Below are positions 30,579 to 39,470 of a stretch of 64,000 bases of DNA, piece by piece. Source of the DNA: Synechococcus sp. Its GTDB lineage: Bacteria > Cyanobacteriota > Cyanobacteriia > PCC-6307 > Cyanobiaceae. Both the position numbers and the translations under genes were made by a program. Positions within the stretch are counted from its first letter, which is position 1. The number at the start of each line of letters is the position of its first letter. Location: positions 352,001 through 416,000 of the forward strand of contig JBJBCN010000003.1 of the NCBI GenBank assembly GCA_047285805.1, given 5' to 3'. The notes under the pieces were generated by a model. The model ran no database searches. It was not told the DNA's origin and worked only from the letters and a program-made list of their open reading frames with translations.

Positions 30579-31030
30579 TCGCGTTGGTAGCTGCTGCGGC
30601 GACGGCGGGTCCTGCCTTCGCCAAAGGAGTCGTTTTGATTCCCGTAGCTGCGGTCTTCCCACCCCTGAGCGCCCGAGGGGCGATCGACCCGGGGAGCGGG
30701 TGCGGGGTTGCTCTCATAACCGCCGCCATAGTTGGAGCTGCCACCTCCATAGCCACCGACGCGGCGGGGTGCACCACCACCGCCGCCAGATCGGGGTTCG
30801 GCTTTGTTGATGCGGAGGGGACGGCCCATCAGCTCAGCGCCTTGCAGGGCTTCGATCGCGCGATCTTCGCTGTCAGGGTCGGCGAGTTCGACAAAGGCGA
30901 ATCCGCGCTTGCGACCGGTGTCCCGCTCTAAAGGAAGGGCGCAATTGGCGACGTCGCCAAAGGGGGCAAACAACTCGGCGACGTCCTCTTGCTCTGCGCG
31001 AAAAGGGAGGTTGCCAACAAAGATGCTCAC
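30575..31030 (-). CDS. rbp: RRM RNA-binding protein with Gly-rich tail
   Basis: SIFVGNLPF (RNP2), RGFAFVE (RNP1), GRPLRINKAEPR; GTG 31030. Confidence 0.93.
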   Translation of the reverse strand: MSIFVGNLPFRAEQEDVAELFAPFGDVANCALPLERDTGRKRGFAFVELADPDSEDRAIEALQGAELMGRPLRINKAEPRSGGGGGAPRRVGGYGGGSSNYGGGYESNPAPAPRVDRPSGAQGWEDRSYGNQNDSFGEGRTRRRRSSYQRD

Positions 31031-31105
31031 AAGCCGTCTGGGCCGATTCGGCGTGAATTCAGCAATCAAACCCTAGACCGGCTGAAGCGATTTGAACCGG
31101 TTTGC

Positions 31106-32500
31106 TCACTGCGGGAGTCGTGCTTTTGCTCGCTCCAGTTGAAGCCGAACCTGATCAAAGGCTGTCCCACCTTCACTGCGGCGGGCCGCCACCACCTGAC
31201 GGGGATGAATGGCATCAAAGATGTCGGATTCAAAGGCGGCGTGAAGCTCCTGCCAACGCTCCAGCGGCAACTCACGCAAGAGGATCCGCTTCTGCAAACA
31301 GGTTTTGACCAGGCCGCCCACCAATTGATAGGCCTCCCGGAAGGGGACGCCCTTTCCAACCAAGTAGTCCGCCACATCCGTGGCGTTAGAGAAGTCACTC
31401 TCCACCGCCTGCTCCAGACGCTGCGGACGAAACTCCAACCCCTCCTCAAACAAGATCGCCATCGCCTCCAGGCAGGCCAGGGTCGTGGTCACGGCATCAA
31501 ACAGGGCCTCTTTGTCCTCCTGGAAATCTTTGTTGTAGGCCAGAGGCAAGCCCTTGATCATCACCAGCAGTCCCTGCAGGTGACCGAAGACGCGCCCGCA
31601 CTTCCCCCGCACCAACTCCGGAACATCGGGGTTTTTCTTTTGGGGCATCAGGCTGCTGCCGGTGGCGCAGCGATCCGTGAGGCTGACGAAGCGAAACTCC
31701 TCGCTGGCCCAAAGGATCACCTCCTCACTGAGGCGGCTCAGGTGCACCATCACCAGGCTGGCCGCCGCGCTGAACTCCACCGCGAAATCGCGGTCACTCA
31801 CCGCGTCAAGGCTGTTGGAATAGACCTCGTCGAAACCCAGGGCCGCCGCCGTCTGACGCCGATCAATCGGCACCGGGGTCCCCGCCAGGGCTGCGGCGCC
31901 TAAGGGGCAAATGTTGACCCGTTTGCGTAGGTCCTGCAGACGAGCCCGATCCCGCTCCGCCATCTCCACGTAAGCCAGTAGGTGATGGGCAAGACAGATC
32001 GGCTGGGCCCGCTGCAGGTGGGTGTAACCCGGGATCATCACCTCCGCGTGGGCATCGGCCTGGGCAAGCAGCGCCCGCTCGAAGCGGACTAAGGCGCCAT
32101 CGATCGCGTCGATCTGCCCCCGTAGCCAGAGCCGCAAATCCGTGCACACCTGGTCATTGCGGGAGCGCCCGGTATGGAGCTTTTTGCCCAAGGGCCCCAG
32201 GATCGCGATCAGCCTTCGCTCCACAGCGAAGTGCACGTCCTCGTCTTCGAGACCAGGGTTGAACTGACCCTCGGCGGCCTCTGCTCGTACCTGCTCCAGG
32301 CCACCCACCAGCTGCTCAGCCTCCTCGGCCGTGATCACCCCGGTGCTGCCCAACATCCGGGCATGAGCAATTGATCCATCCAGGTCCTGCTGCAGCAGGG
32401 TGATGTCAAAACCGATCGAGGCGTTGAAACGCTCAATCGCGGGATGCAGACCCTGCTCAAAGCGCTGACTCCAGGTGGAGGAAGAGGAATCAACGGCCAT
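31106..32500 (-). CDS. argH: Argininosuccinate lyase
   Basis: [41 protein letters not shown]. Confidence 0.98.
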   Translation of the reverse strand: MAVDSSSSTWSQRFEQGLHPAIERFNASIGFDITLLQQDLDGSIAHARMLGSTGVITAEEAEQLVGGLEQVRAEAAEGQFNPGLEDEDVHFAVERRLIAILGPLGKKLHTGRSRNDQVCTDLRLWLRGQIDAIDGALVRFERALLAQADAHAEVMIPGYTHLQRAQPICLAHHLLAYVEMAERDRARLQDLRKRVNICPLGAAALAGTPVPIDRRQTAAALGFDEVYSNSLDAVSDRDFAVEFSAAASLVMVHLSRLSEEVILWASEEFRFVSLTDRCATGSSLMPQKKNPDVPELVRGKCGRVFGHLQGLLVMIKGLPLAYNKDFQEDKEALFDAVTTTLACLEAMAILFEEGLEFRPQRLEQAVESDFSNATDVADYLVGKGVPFREAYQLVGGLVKTCLQKRILLRELPLERWQELHAAFESDIFDAIHPRQVVAARRSEGGTAFDQVRLQLERAKARLPQ

Positions 32501-32524
32501 CGGGCCCGGTATCGCTGTTAAATC

Positions 32525-33925
32525 TCAGCTTGACAGGCGACTACTCAAGCTCGGCAGGGTCACTTCCTCGCGCACCTTCAAGACCACCATCGAGGCGTCG
32601 TCATCGAGGGGGCGATCAGGCCCAACGAAGCGATCGAGACGAGCAAACAACTGATCCAAAATCCCCTGGGCAGAGCCCCCAGAACGGCAGGCCGTTTGCA
32701 GGGCCTGAACCAGACGCTCTTCGTCAAAGCGCTCGCCGTTGAGCCCAGAAGCTTCCGTGACGCCGTCGGTGTAACAGAGCAGGACATCGCCCGGCTCCAG
32801 CACAATCTGCTCGCAGCCGTACTGGGCTTCGCTCTGCAGGCCTATCAGCAGCCCCGGGGCATCCAGGCGCTCCACCGCATGGCGAATCCGACGCCAAATC
32901 AGGGGCGGGTTGTGGGCCGCGTTGGCGTAACGCAGCAGGCGTGTACGGGGGTCGAAGTCGGAATAGAAAAGCGTGACAAAGCGATGGGACTGGGCCAGAT
33001 CTTCCTGAGCCAATTGGTTGAGGTCATGGAGGATCTGATCGGGGGGCAAGCCGCTCGACACCTCTGCCCGGAGCATGCCCCTCAGCAGAGTCATCAGCAG
33101 ACCCGCCGGGACCCCCTTGCCCATCACATCGCCAATCACCAGGGCCCAACGCCCCTGCTCCCGTTGGCGGCCAATCAACTGTGGCCGGGTCGGGATAAAA
33201 TCGAAATAATCCCCGCCCACTTCAAAAGCAGGGCGACAGCGCGCGGCCAATTCGACCCCCTCGATTACGGGGCAGTGATCCGGCAGCAACTGGGCCTGGA
33301 TTTCACCGCCGGTCGAGAGCTGGCGATCGAGGCGCTCATGGCGCCGGGCCTCCTGCAGCAACTGATCGCCTTCCACCGCTACGCCGGCCAGGTCCGCCAC
33401 CAATTGGACGTGGCGACGGTGACTCTCGCTCCAACTCAGGCCCTTCTTGGAGCCAAACACGTACAAGCGGCCACGGACGCGGCTGCGGGCTGACAGGGAG
33501 GTGGCGACCAAGGGCCGATCCGCTAGATGCCGGCGCACCAGCCCATCCAGCAGCTGGGCCGCCGCCGCCTCTCCTGAGGCCTGCTGCAGCGCCTCATCCG
33601 AGAGTGTTGCTAATTGGCGCAGCAATTCGGGGTGACTGCCATGGAGCTGCTCCCGCCAAAGACGCCCATCGGGGTGGAAGACCACCAGCGCCGCCCCTTC
33701 GGCCTCGATGAGGCGGGTGGCCAACAGGGGCACCAACTCCAGAAAACGCTCGAGGTTGGTGAAGCTGCGCAGTGCAAACGCCAGCGAAGCCAACAACTCC
33801 TGGTTGCGGCGCTGCTCCTTCCCCAGGCTGTCGAGCAGTTGGCGCAGCGAGGCAACGGCGGATGACGGCTTCAGAGAGCCCACTCCACCGGGATGCGAAT
33901 GATGGGCAGGCGGCGAGGTGCTCAC
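32525..33925 (-). CDS. GAF + SpoIIE/PP2C serine phosphatase (RsbU-like)
   Basis: VGGDYFD, IGDVMGKGVPA, NAAHNPP, YTDGVTEA, DDDASMVV; start approximate (GTG 33925). Confidence 0.88.
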   Translation of the reverse strand: MSTSPPAHHSHPGGVGSLKPSSAVASLRQLLDSLGKEQRRNQELLASLAFALRSFTNLERFLELVPLLATRLIEAEGAALVVFHPDGRLWREQLHGSHPELLRQLATLSDEALQQASGEAAAAQLLDGLVRRHLADRPLVATSLSARSRVRGRLYVFGSKKGLSWSESHRRHVQLVADLAGVAVEGDQLLQEARRHERLDRQLSTGGEIQAQLLPDHCPVIEGVELAARCRPAFEVGGDYFDFIPTRPQLIGRQREQGRWALVIGDVMGKGVPAGLLMTLLRGMLRAEVSSGLPPDQILHDLNQLAQEDLAQSHRFVTLFYSDFDPRTRLLRYANAAHNPPLIWRRIRHAVERLDAPGLLIGLQSEAQYGCEQIVLEPGDVLLCYTDGVTEASGLNGERFDEERLVQALQTACRSGGSAQGILDQLFARLDRFVGPDRPLDDDASMVVLKVREEVTLPSLSSRLSS

Positions 33926-33956
33926 GTGCGCGCAAGATAGCCGCGAATTTTTTGGC

Positions 33957-35447
33957 TTACTTGGCGAGGAGTGCTTCGACGAACTCGAAGCTATTGAAGG
34001 GCCGCAGGTCGCGAATCCCTTCGCCCGCACCGATGAAGCGAATCGGCAGCCCGGCTTCCGAAGAAACCGCCAGGGCAACGCCACCGCGAGAGCTGCCATC
34101 TAGCTTCGTCAGGACCACGCCCGTCAGACCAGCGGCCTGGGCAAAGGCCATGGCCTGCTTCAGGCCGTTCTGCCCCTGGCTGGCGTCCAGCACCAAGAGC
34201 GACTGGACCTCAGCATCCGGAGCTAGCTTGTCAACGATGCGGCGCACCTTGGAGAGCTCCTCCATCAGGTTGTGCTTGGTCTGCAGGCGCCCAGCAGTGT
34301 CCACCAGAACCAAGTCAGTGCCCTTGGCCTGGGCCGCACCGATCGCGTCGTAGACCACGGCAGCGGGGTCCGCATTGGCGGAGGGGTTCGAGACCACGGT
34401 GACGCCGCTGCGTTCACCCCAAACCTGAACTTGTTGCACCGCCGCGGCCCGGAATGTATCCGCTGCAGCGATCAGACAGCTATAGCCGCTTCGAATCGCC
34501 AGGTTGGCCAGCTTGCCGAGGGTCGTGGTTTTACCCACGCCGTTCACACCGACCATCAGCCAAACGTTCAGGCGACCGCGCTCTGGAGCTAGCAACGCGG
34601 TGCCGCTGGCCTGGATGGGCTGATCGAGCAGACCCTTCAGCTGGTCTTTGAGGAAACGAATCCCCTCTTCGGGCTCGACGACTTCCTCGTTGAGGCGCTT
34701 GCGCAGGGCCTCCAGGACTTGGTCGGTGGCCTGAACCCCGACATCCGCCCGAAGCAACAACGATTCAAGGTCATCGAGGACCTCAGGGGTCAGCGGGTCA
34801 TCGCCGAGGGTGTCGAGCAGCTGCGTGACGAAGCCCTGGCGGGTCTTCTCCATGCCCCGGCGCAGCCGCCCGAGCCAATCGATTTCCTCCAAGGAAATGT
34901 CGGAGAGTTGGCGGCCTTGGGCGGCCAACACCTCTGCCGACCAGGTGAAGTCCTCGTCGAATTCGCCCAGGCTCGGGGTTCCTTCATCCGGCGCCGCTGT
35001 AGTCGGTTCAACGGGAGCGTCCGGGGTCTCGATGGCCCGGTCGAGCTGCTCCTGTTGGCGCTGGGCCCGCTGGGCTGCGGCCTGCTCCAGCAAGGACAAG
35101 CCAGTCGCCGGTTCGGGGATCTGAACGGGTTGTACGGGATCCGATGCCGAGGTGGTCTCAGGCTCTGGGGTTGGCTCCGCTGGGGGAGCTGGCTCAGGTT
35201 GTGGCTCAGCAGCCGCGGCCGCTTCCTGCTTTTGCGCTTCCTGCTGGGCCTTAAGGCGGGCGTAGGCCTGGCGCGCCCAATCGAGAGCATCCTGATCGAT
35301 ATCCGAGGATTCTTGAACGGGCTCCGCAGCTGCAGGAGTGGGGGCTACCGGGGGCTCTTCTTGGGCATGGGAATCAGTGGCCTGTTCCGGCAGGGGATCC
35401 TGGGGGTTCTGAGGGGCCGCGCTGCGATTGAACCAGTCGTAAACCAT
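33957..35447 (-). CDS. ftsY: SRP receptor FtsY
   Basis: Acidic/Pro-rich N-terminus, GVNGVGKTTTLGKLA, DTFRAAA, DTAGRL, TKLDGSSRGG. Confidence 0.97.
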   Translation of the reverse strand: MVYDWFNRSAAPQNPQDPLPEQATDSHAQEEPPVAPTPAAAEPVQESSDIDQDALDWARQAYARLKAQQEAQKQEAAAAAEPQPEPAPPAEPTPEPETTSASDPVQPVQIPEPATGLSLLEQAAAQRAQRQQEQLDRAIETPDAPVEPTTAAPDEGTPSLGEFDEDFTWSAEVLAAQGRQLSDISLEEIDWLGRLRRGMEKTRQGFVTQLLDTLGDDPLTPEVLDDLESLLLRADVGVQATDQVLEALRKRLNEEVVEPEEGIRFLKDQLKGLLDQPIQASGTALLAPERGRLNVWLMVGVNGVGKTTTLGKLANLAIRSGYSCLIAAADTFRAAAVQQVQVWGERSGVTVVSNPSANADPAAVVYDAIGAAQAKGTDLVLVDTAGRLQTKHNLMEELSKVRRIVDKLAPDAEVQSLLVLDASQGQNGLKQAMAFAQAAGLTGVVLTKLDGSSRGGVALAVSSEAGLPIRFIGAGEGIRDLRPFNSFEFVEALLAK

Positions 35448-35455
35448 GCCGTCTC

Positions 35456-36082
35456 TCAGCTCTTGGCGGGGGCGTTGGTGAAACGACGCAGCACGCCGTT
35501 GATCATGCGGCGGCCCTGCTCATCGCTGTAGCAGTTGGCCAGCTCAACAGCCTCATTGCAGGCCACCGGAGGGGGAGTATTGAACTGCTCGATGTCCACT
35601 GCTGCAAGACGCAGAATGTCCCGGTCGATCCGAGGGAGCCTGGTCAGGCGCCAACCCTCCATCACCGCATCCAAGCGCTGATCCAAATCGGCACGACCCG
35701 ACAGGACTGCACGGGCCCGATCGATGGCTCCGCGGCGGATCTCCTCTTGATCGGAGAGCATCAACAGACGGGGCAGCTCCAGGCTTGCGGACAGGCGGTT
35801 CAAACCATTCTCAGCGTGCTCGAGGCCGTCCTGCAGGTGCTGGCGAATGCGGGGCAACTGGCCGACAGCGCCCTGGTCCTGCAGTTCGCTGTCCAAGAGC
35901 TGCTGTTGGGCGGCCTGCAGTTCAGTCGCGGCCTGATCAAGGGCCTCCCGCACGTGTTGGCTTAGGGAAGCCAGGGCCTGCTGCAGCAGGGTGTCGAGGG
36001 AGGTGTCTGCGTTGGGTTGACGGTCACTGACCTGCCCCAGCATCAGCAGGGCCAGTTCGCGGGCTACGGAGCGGCTCTGCAT
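35456..36082 (-). CDS. nusB: Transcription antitermination factor NusB
   Basis: RSVARELAL, WRLTRLPRIDRDILRLA, NEAVELA, INGVLR. Confidence 0.95.
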   Translation of the reverse strand: MQSRSVARELALLMLGQVSDRQPNADTSLDTLLQQALASLSQHVREALDQAATELQAAQQQLLDSELQDQGAVGQLPRIRQHLQDGLEHAENGLNRLSASLELPRLLMLSDQEEIRRGAIDRARAVLSGRADLDQRLDAVMEGWRLTRLPRIDRDILRLAAVDIEQFNTPPPVACNEAVELANCYSDEQGRRMINGVLRRFTNAPAKS

Positions 36083-36831
36083 CAGGCCTTGTTGGAGGGA
36101 AGTGGGGAGTAGGCGGGGGCCCGCAGCTGGGCGAGAAGGCTGGAAAAGCTTCGGCTGGCCGGGGTCTCTCGCTCATCGGGATTGACGATGCCCGCCGAGA
36201 TGATCGTGCGGAACGCATCTTCCACGGAGAGATCCAGATCCTGAACCGAGGACTCCGGAACCACCGCATACCAACCGGTGGTGGGGTTCGGGGCCGTCGG
36301 GATAAAGACGCTCAGCATCGGCTTTTCAAAGCCAGCCGACAGGGTCGCCCCCAGGACACCAGTGACAAAGCCCAAGGCGTAGAGCCCCTCACGGGGATAT
36401 TCCACCAGGACCACGCGGCGGAAACGGCTGGAGTTATCCCGTAGGAACGTCTCCAGCAATTGCTTGAGGGTCTTGTAGACCGACCCAGCCACGGGAATCC
36501 GCTGCAGGGTGCCCTCACCAAACTCCAACAACCAGCGGCCAACGATGTTACGAGCCATCAGACCGATCAACAGGATCCCGAGTAGCGGAACCAGCAGACC
36601 CAAGCCCAGGTTGATCAACTCCTGAAGAACCGGGTTCAGGGTGTTGAACGGGTTGAGCTGCTTAGGAATCGACGTCAGGAACGCCAGAACGAAACGGCTC
36701 ACCGTCGTGGCGAGCCAGATGGTGGTAGCGAGGGGAATCACCACCAACAGACCTGCAATCAGGTCGTTCTTGAGGTCCTGCTGGAGGCGATCGCCCAGCG
36801 GTTGCTCAGGTCTGGGGCTGGATTGCACCAC
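36082..36831 (-). CDS. DUF502 membrane protein
   Basis: AGLLVVIPLATT, VLVEYPR, FIPTAPNPTTG. Confidence 0.9.
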   Translation of the reverse strand: MVQSSPRPEQPLGDRLQQDLKNDLIAGLLVVIPLATTIWLATTVSRFVLAFLTSIPKQLNPFNTLNPVLQELINLGLGLLVPLLGILLIGLMARNIVGRWLLEFGEGTLQRIPVAGSVYKTLKQLLETFLRDNSSRFRRVVLVEYPREGLYALGFVTGVLGATLSAGFEKPMLSVFIPTAPNPTTGWYAVVPESSVQDLDLSVEDAFRTIISAGIVNPDERETPASRSFSSLLAQLRAPAYSPLPSNKA

Positions 36832-36899
36832 TGAATTGCGTCGCTCGACTGGCCGGAATTCCGGTCACAAAGGGCCAGCCTGCAACTTAGCCAGTCGCC

Positions 36900-37550
36900 C
36901 TACATAACAGCCGCCAGAGCGAGCAGCGCAAAGGCGATCACGAGGACCACGGCGGTGCCCGTACCACCAATCCGGCGCTGGTTCAGCGCCAGGTCGCGGC
37001 GGGTCTCAGCCTGTTTGATCTGGTTTGCGGCCTGCTGCAACTGGCTTTCCATGAAGGCGCGGGCCGCATTCTTTTTCTCCTCATCGCTTGCCGCCTCGAG
37101 GATTTGACCGTTCTGCACCCCCTGGTCGATCACCTGCTCCAGCACCTTGGGGTTATCGAGCTGGGCCTTGGCGAGCTCCAGCTGACGACGCTGGGTTTGC
37201 AGGGACTGGTTGGTCTGATCGCTCAGGCTCTGGTCACCACTGATGGTGGCGGGAACCGTGAACAACAGGGTCAACGCCAGAACACCGCTGATGACGCAAA
37301 CCGTCCAACGCAGGGGGGTCGGACCAGACTGGGGATCCTCGAGACGCGCGCCGAGAAGCATCAAGAGCATGCCCACCAGGGCCATCGGCGACTGGGTGAT
37401 CAGGGTGGAGCTGAGCAGCTGGCGGAAGCTCTCCTCACCCCAACCGTTGACCGAGAGCACAGCCAAGAGCTGCAACGCCAGCAGCACCACCAGGGTGATC
37501 CCCAGCCAGCGCAACAGACTGGGGAAACGTCCTGCAACAACTGAACTCAC
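36900..37550 (-). CDS. HpsJ-family membrane protein
   Basis: TM-TM-TM, coiled coil, TM layout; QSPMALVG motif; position beside DUF502/queG; start approximate. Confidence 0.7.
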   Translation of the reverse strand: MSSVVAGRFPSLLRWLGITLVVLLALQLLAVLSVNGWGEESFRQLLSSTLITQSPMALVGMLLMLLGARLEDPQSGPTPLRWTVCVISGVLALTLLFTVPATISGDQSLSDQTNQSLQTQRRQLELAKAQLDNPKVLEQVIDQGVQNGQILEAASDEEKKNAARAFMESQLQQAANQIKQAETRRDLALNQRRIGGTGTAVVLVIAFALLALAAVM

Positions 37551-37567
37551 AGGGAGGGTCTTGGAAG

Positions 37568-38536
37568 TTGGGCAAGCGTAGGGGCGATCAACCCAAGCCA
37601 CAGCCCGTTCCGGCTGAGGATCTGGCCAGAGCACTCAAGGCCCAGGCTTTGGAGTTGGGCTTCAGCCTCGTGGGGATTGCCTCAGCTGGGGGCAGTGAGC
37701 GACTACGCCTGCGAACCGCCGCACTACAGCGCTGGCTCAAGGCGGACCATCACGGGGAGATGGCCTGGATGCAGGACCCCAGACGCCAAACGATTGAGGC
37801 ACTGTTGCCAGGGGTCCGCAGTGTTGTCGCTGTCGGCCTCAACTATTACGTCGATGCCCAGCCTGCGCCCGGCAGCTTGAAGGTTGCTCGGTACGGCTGG
37901 GGCAGGGACTACCACCGAGTCATCGATGGGCGCTTGCGGGCCCTGGGACGTTGGCTTGAGAGCCAGCACCCGCAGGGGCGATGGCGCGCCTGCGTCGACA
38001 GCTCGCCACTCCTAGACAAAGCCTGGGCGGAGGAAGCCGGCCTGGGCTGGATCGGCAAACACAGCAACCTGATCAACCGCGACTGGGGGTCGTGGCTACT
38101 GATCGGGCACCTGCTCACCGACGTGGACCTTCCTGTGGACGAGCCCGCCACGCCCCACTGCGGAGCCTGCCGCGCCTGCTTAGACGCCTGCCCGACAGAC
38201 GCCATCCGCGAACCGTTTGTGGTCGATGCCCGCCGCTGCCTGACCTTTCACACGATCGAGAACCGCGCGGCGGAGCTACCGCCCGAAATCGCCAGCGGCT
38301 TGAACGGTTGGGTGGCCGGCTGCGACATCTGCCAGGACGTTTGCCCCTGGAACCAGGGGGAACTAGTCTCCAGCTGCGATCCCGATCTGCAGCCCCGTCC
38401 CTGGTGGCTGGACCTCCAAGGGCCTGATGCCCTCTGCTGGAGCGATGCGGACTGGGATGACAAATTGCGGGCCTCAGCCCTGCGGCGGATCAAACCCGCG
38501 ATGTGGAGGCGAAACATTGCAGCAGCCCTAGGCTGA
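37568..38536 (+). CDS. queG: Epoxyqueuosine reductase
   Basis: ARYGWGRDYH, GLGWIGK, CGACRACLDACPT, GCDICQDVCPWN. Confidence 0.95.
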   Translation: MGKRRGDQPKPQPVPAEDLARALKAQALELGFSLVGIASAGGSERLRLRTAALQRWLKADHHGEMAWMQDPRRQTIEALLPGVRSVVAVGLNYYVDAQPAPGSLKVARYGWGRDYHRVIDGRLRALGRWLESQHPQGRWRACVDSSPLLDKAWAEEAGLGWIGKHSNLINRDWGSWLLIGHLLTDVDLPVDEPATPHCGACRACLDACPTDAIREPFVVDARRCLTFHTIENRAAELPPEIASGLNGWVAGCDICQDVCPWNQGELVSSCDPDLQPRPWWLDLQGPDALCWSDADWDDKLRASALRRIKPAMWRRNIAAALG

Positions 38537-38557
38537 GCATTCGATCGCTCTGCATCG

Positions 38558-39445
38558 ATGGCTGCGCGCTGGTTGAAGGTTCTCGCCGCAGCGCCCATGA
38601 TGCTGGCCAGCCTCACTGGGGGCCCCGCCAAGGCTCTGGTGCCCTACGTGGTGCTGCCCAGCGAGCGCAACCTTGATGCTGGCGGCCTGGGCATTGCCCA
38701 AGCCGCCAGCCAACTTTTGAAGCTGGGTCAGGCCGAGGAAGCCGCCAGCCTGGCGGCCCTGACGGTTCAACTCATCCCGACAGATGCTCGGGGCTGGCTC
38801 CTGCTGGCGGAAGCTCAATTGCGCAGTGGCGAGGACACCAAAGCCTCTGCATCGCTCGAGCAGGCGCGCAACCTCGATCCCCGCAACGCTGGGATCCTTT
38901 TTGCCCAGGGCTCTCTTGCCCTGAAGGCCAACGAACCGGCCCACGCGATTGAGCTGATCCGCGAGGGGCAGCGCATCGACGACAAGAACGCCGGCTCATA
39001 CTTCGATCTCGGCAATGGCTACATCCTGCTAGGGGAATCAAAGGCCGCGCTATCGGCCTTTGAGCGAGCCTCAAAGCTGCGCAGCGATTTCTGGGAAGCG
39101 ATCAACAACCAATCCCTGGTGCTCTACGAGCAACGCAAGGACGCCGAAGCCATCCAACGCTGGCGATCCGTGTTGACGATTCGGCCCACGGCAGCCGAGC
39201 CGATGTTGGCTTTGGCAGCAGCGCTCAATGCACAGGACCCGGGCAATGGCGAAAGCCTGGACTTAGCCAAGCGGGCCCTGGCCGGCGATCCCAACTACGT
39301 CCTCAGCAGTTATCAGCAAGAGCAGCTCTGGGGCAGTCGCCTACGCCAAGCCACAAGCGTCCTGCTGGCGAACACCAACCTGAAGGGCGATGTGGAGCGA
39401 GCCCTGGCCAATGCGGATGCTGAGCCCGTTGAAGAACCTCGGTAG
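38558..39445 (+). CDS. TPR-repeat protein with signal peptide
   Basis: N-terminal signal-like segment and repeated TPR-like helices (YFDLGNGY, WEAINNQSLV). Confidence 0.85.
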   Translation: MAARWLKVLAAAPMMLASLTGGPAKALVPYVVLPSERNLDAGGLGIAQAASQLLKLGQAEEAASLAALTVQLIPTDARGWLLLAEAQLRSGEDTKASASLEQARNLDPRNAGILFAQGSLALKANEPAHAIELIREGQRIDDKNAGSYFDLGNGYILLGESKAALSAFERASKLRSDFWEAINNQSLVLYEQRKDAEAIQRWRSVLTIRPTAAEPMLALAAALNAQDPGNGESLDLAKRALAGDPNYVLSSYQQEQLWGSRLRQATSVLLANTNLKGDVERALANADAEPVEEPR

Positions 39446-39470
39446 GCTGGACCGCACTTTCTGACCTCGG

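Noticed and set aside
35100..35420. Pro/Glu/Ala-rich quasi-repeats
   Set aside because: Low-complexity acidic N-terminal region normal for FtsY; not a DNA repeat array
30989..35531. Long plus-strand ORFs opposite argH, the PP2C gene and ftsY (304, 265, 270 aa)
   Set aside because: Antisense shadows without protein-family features
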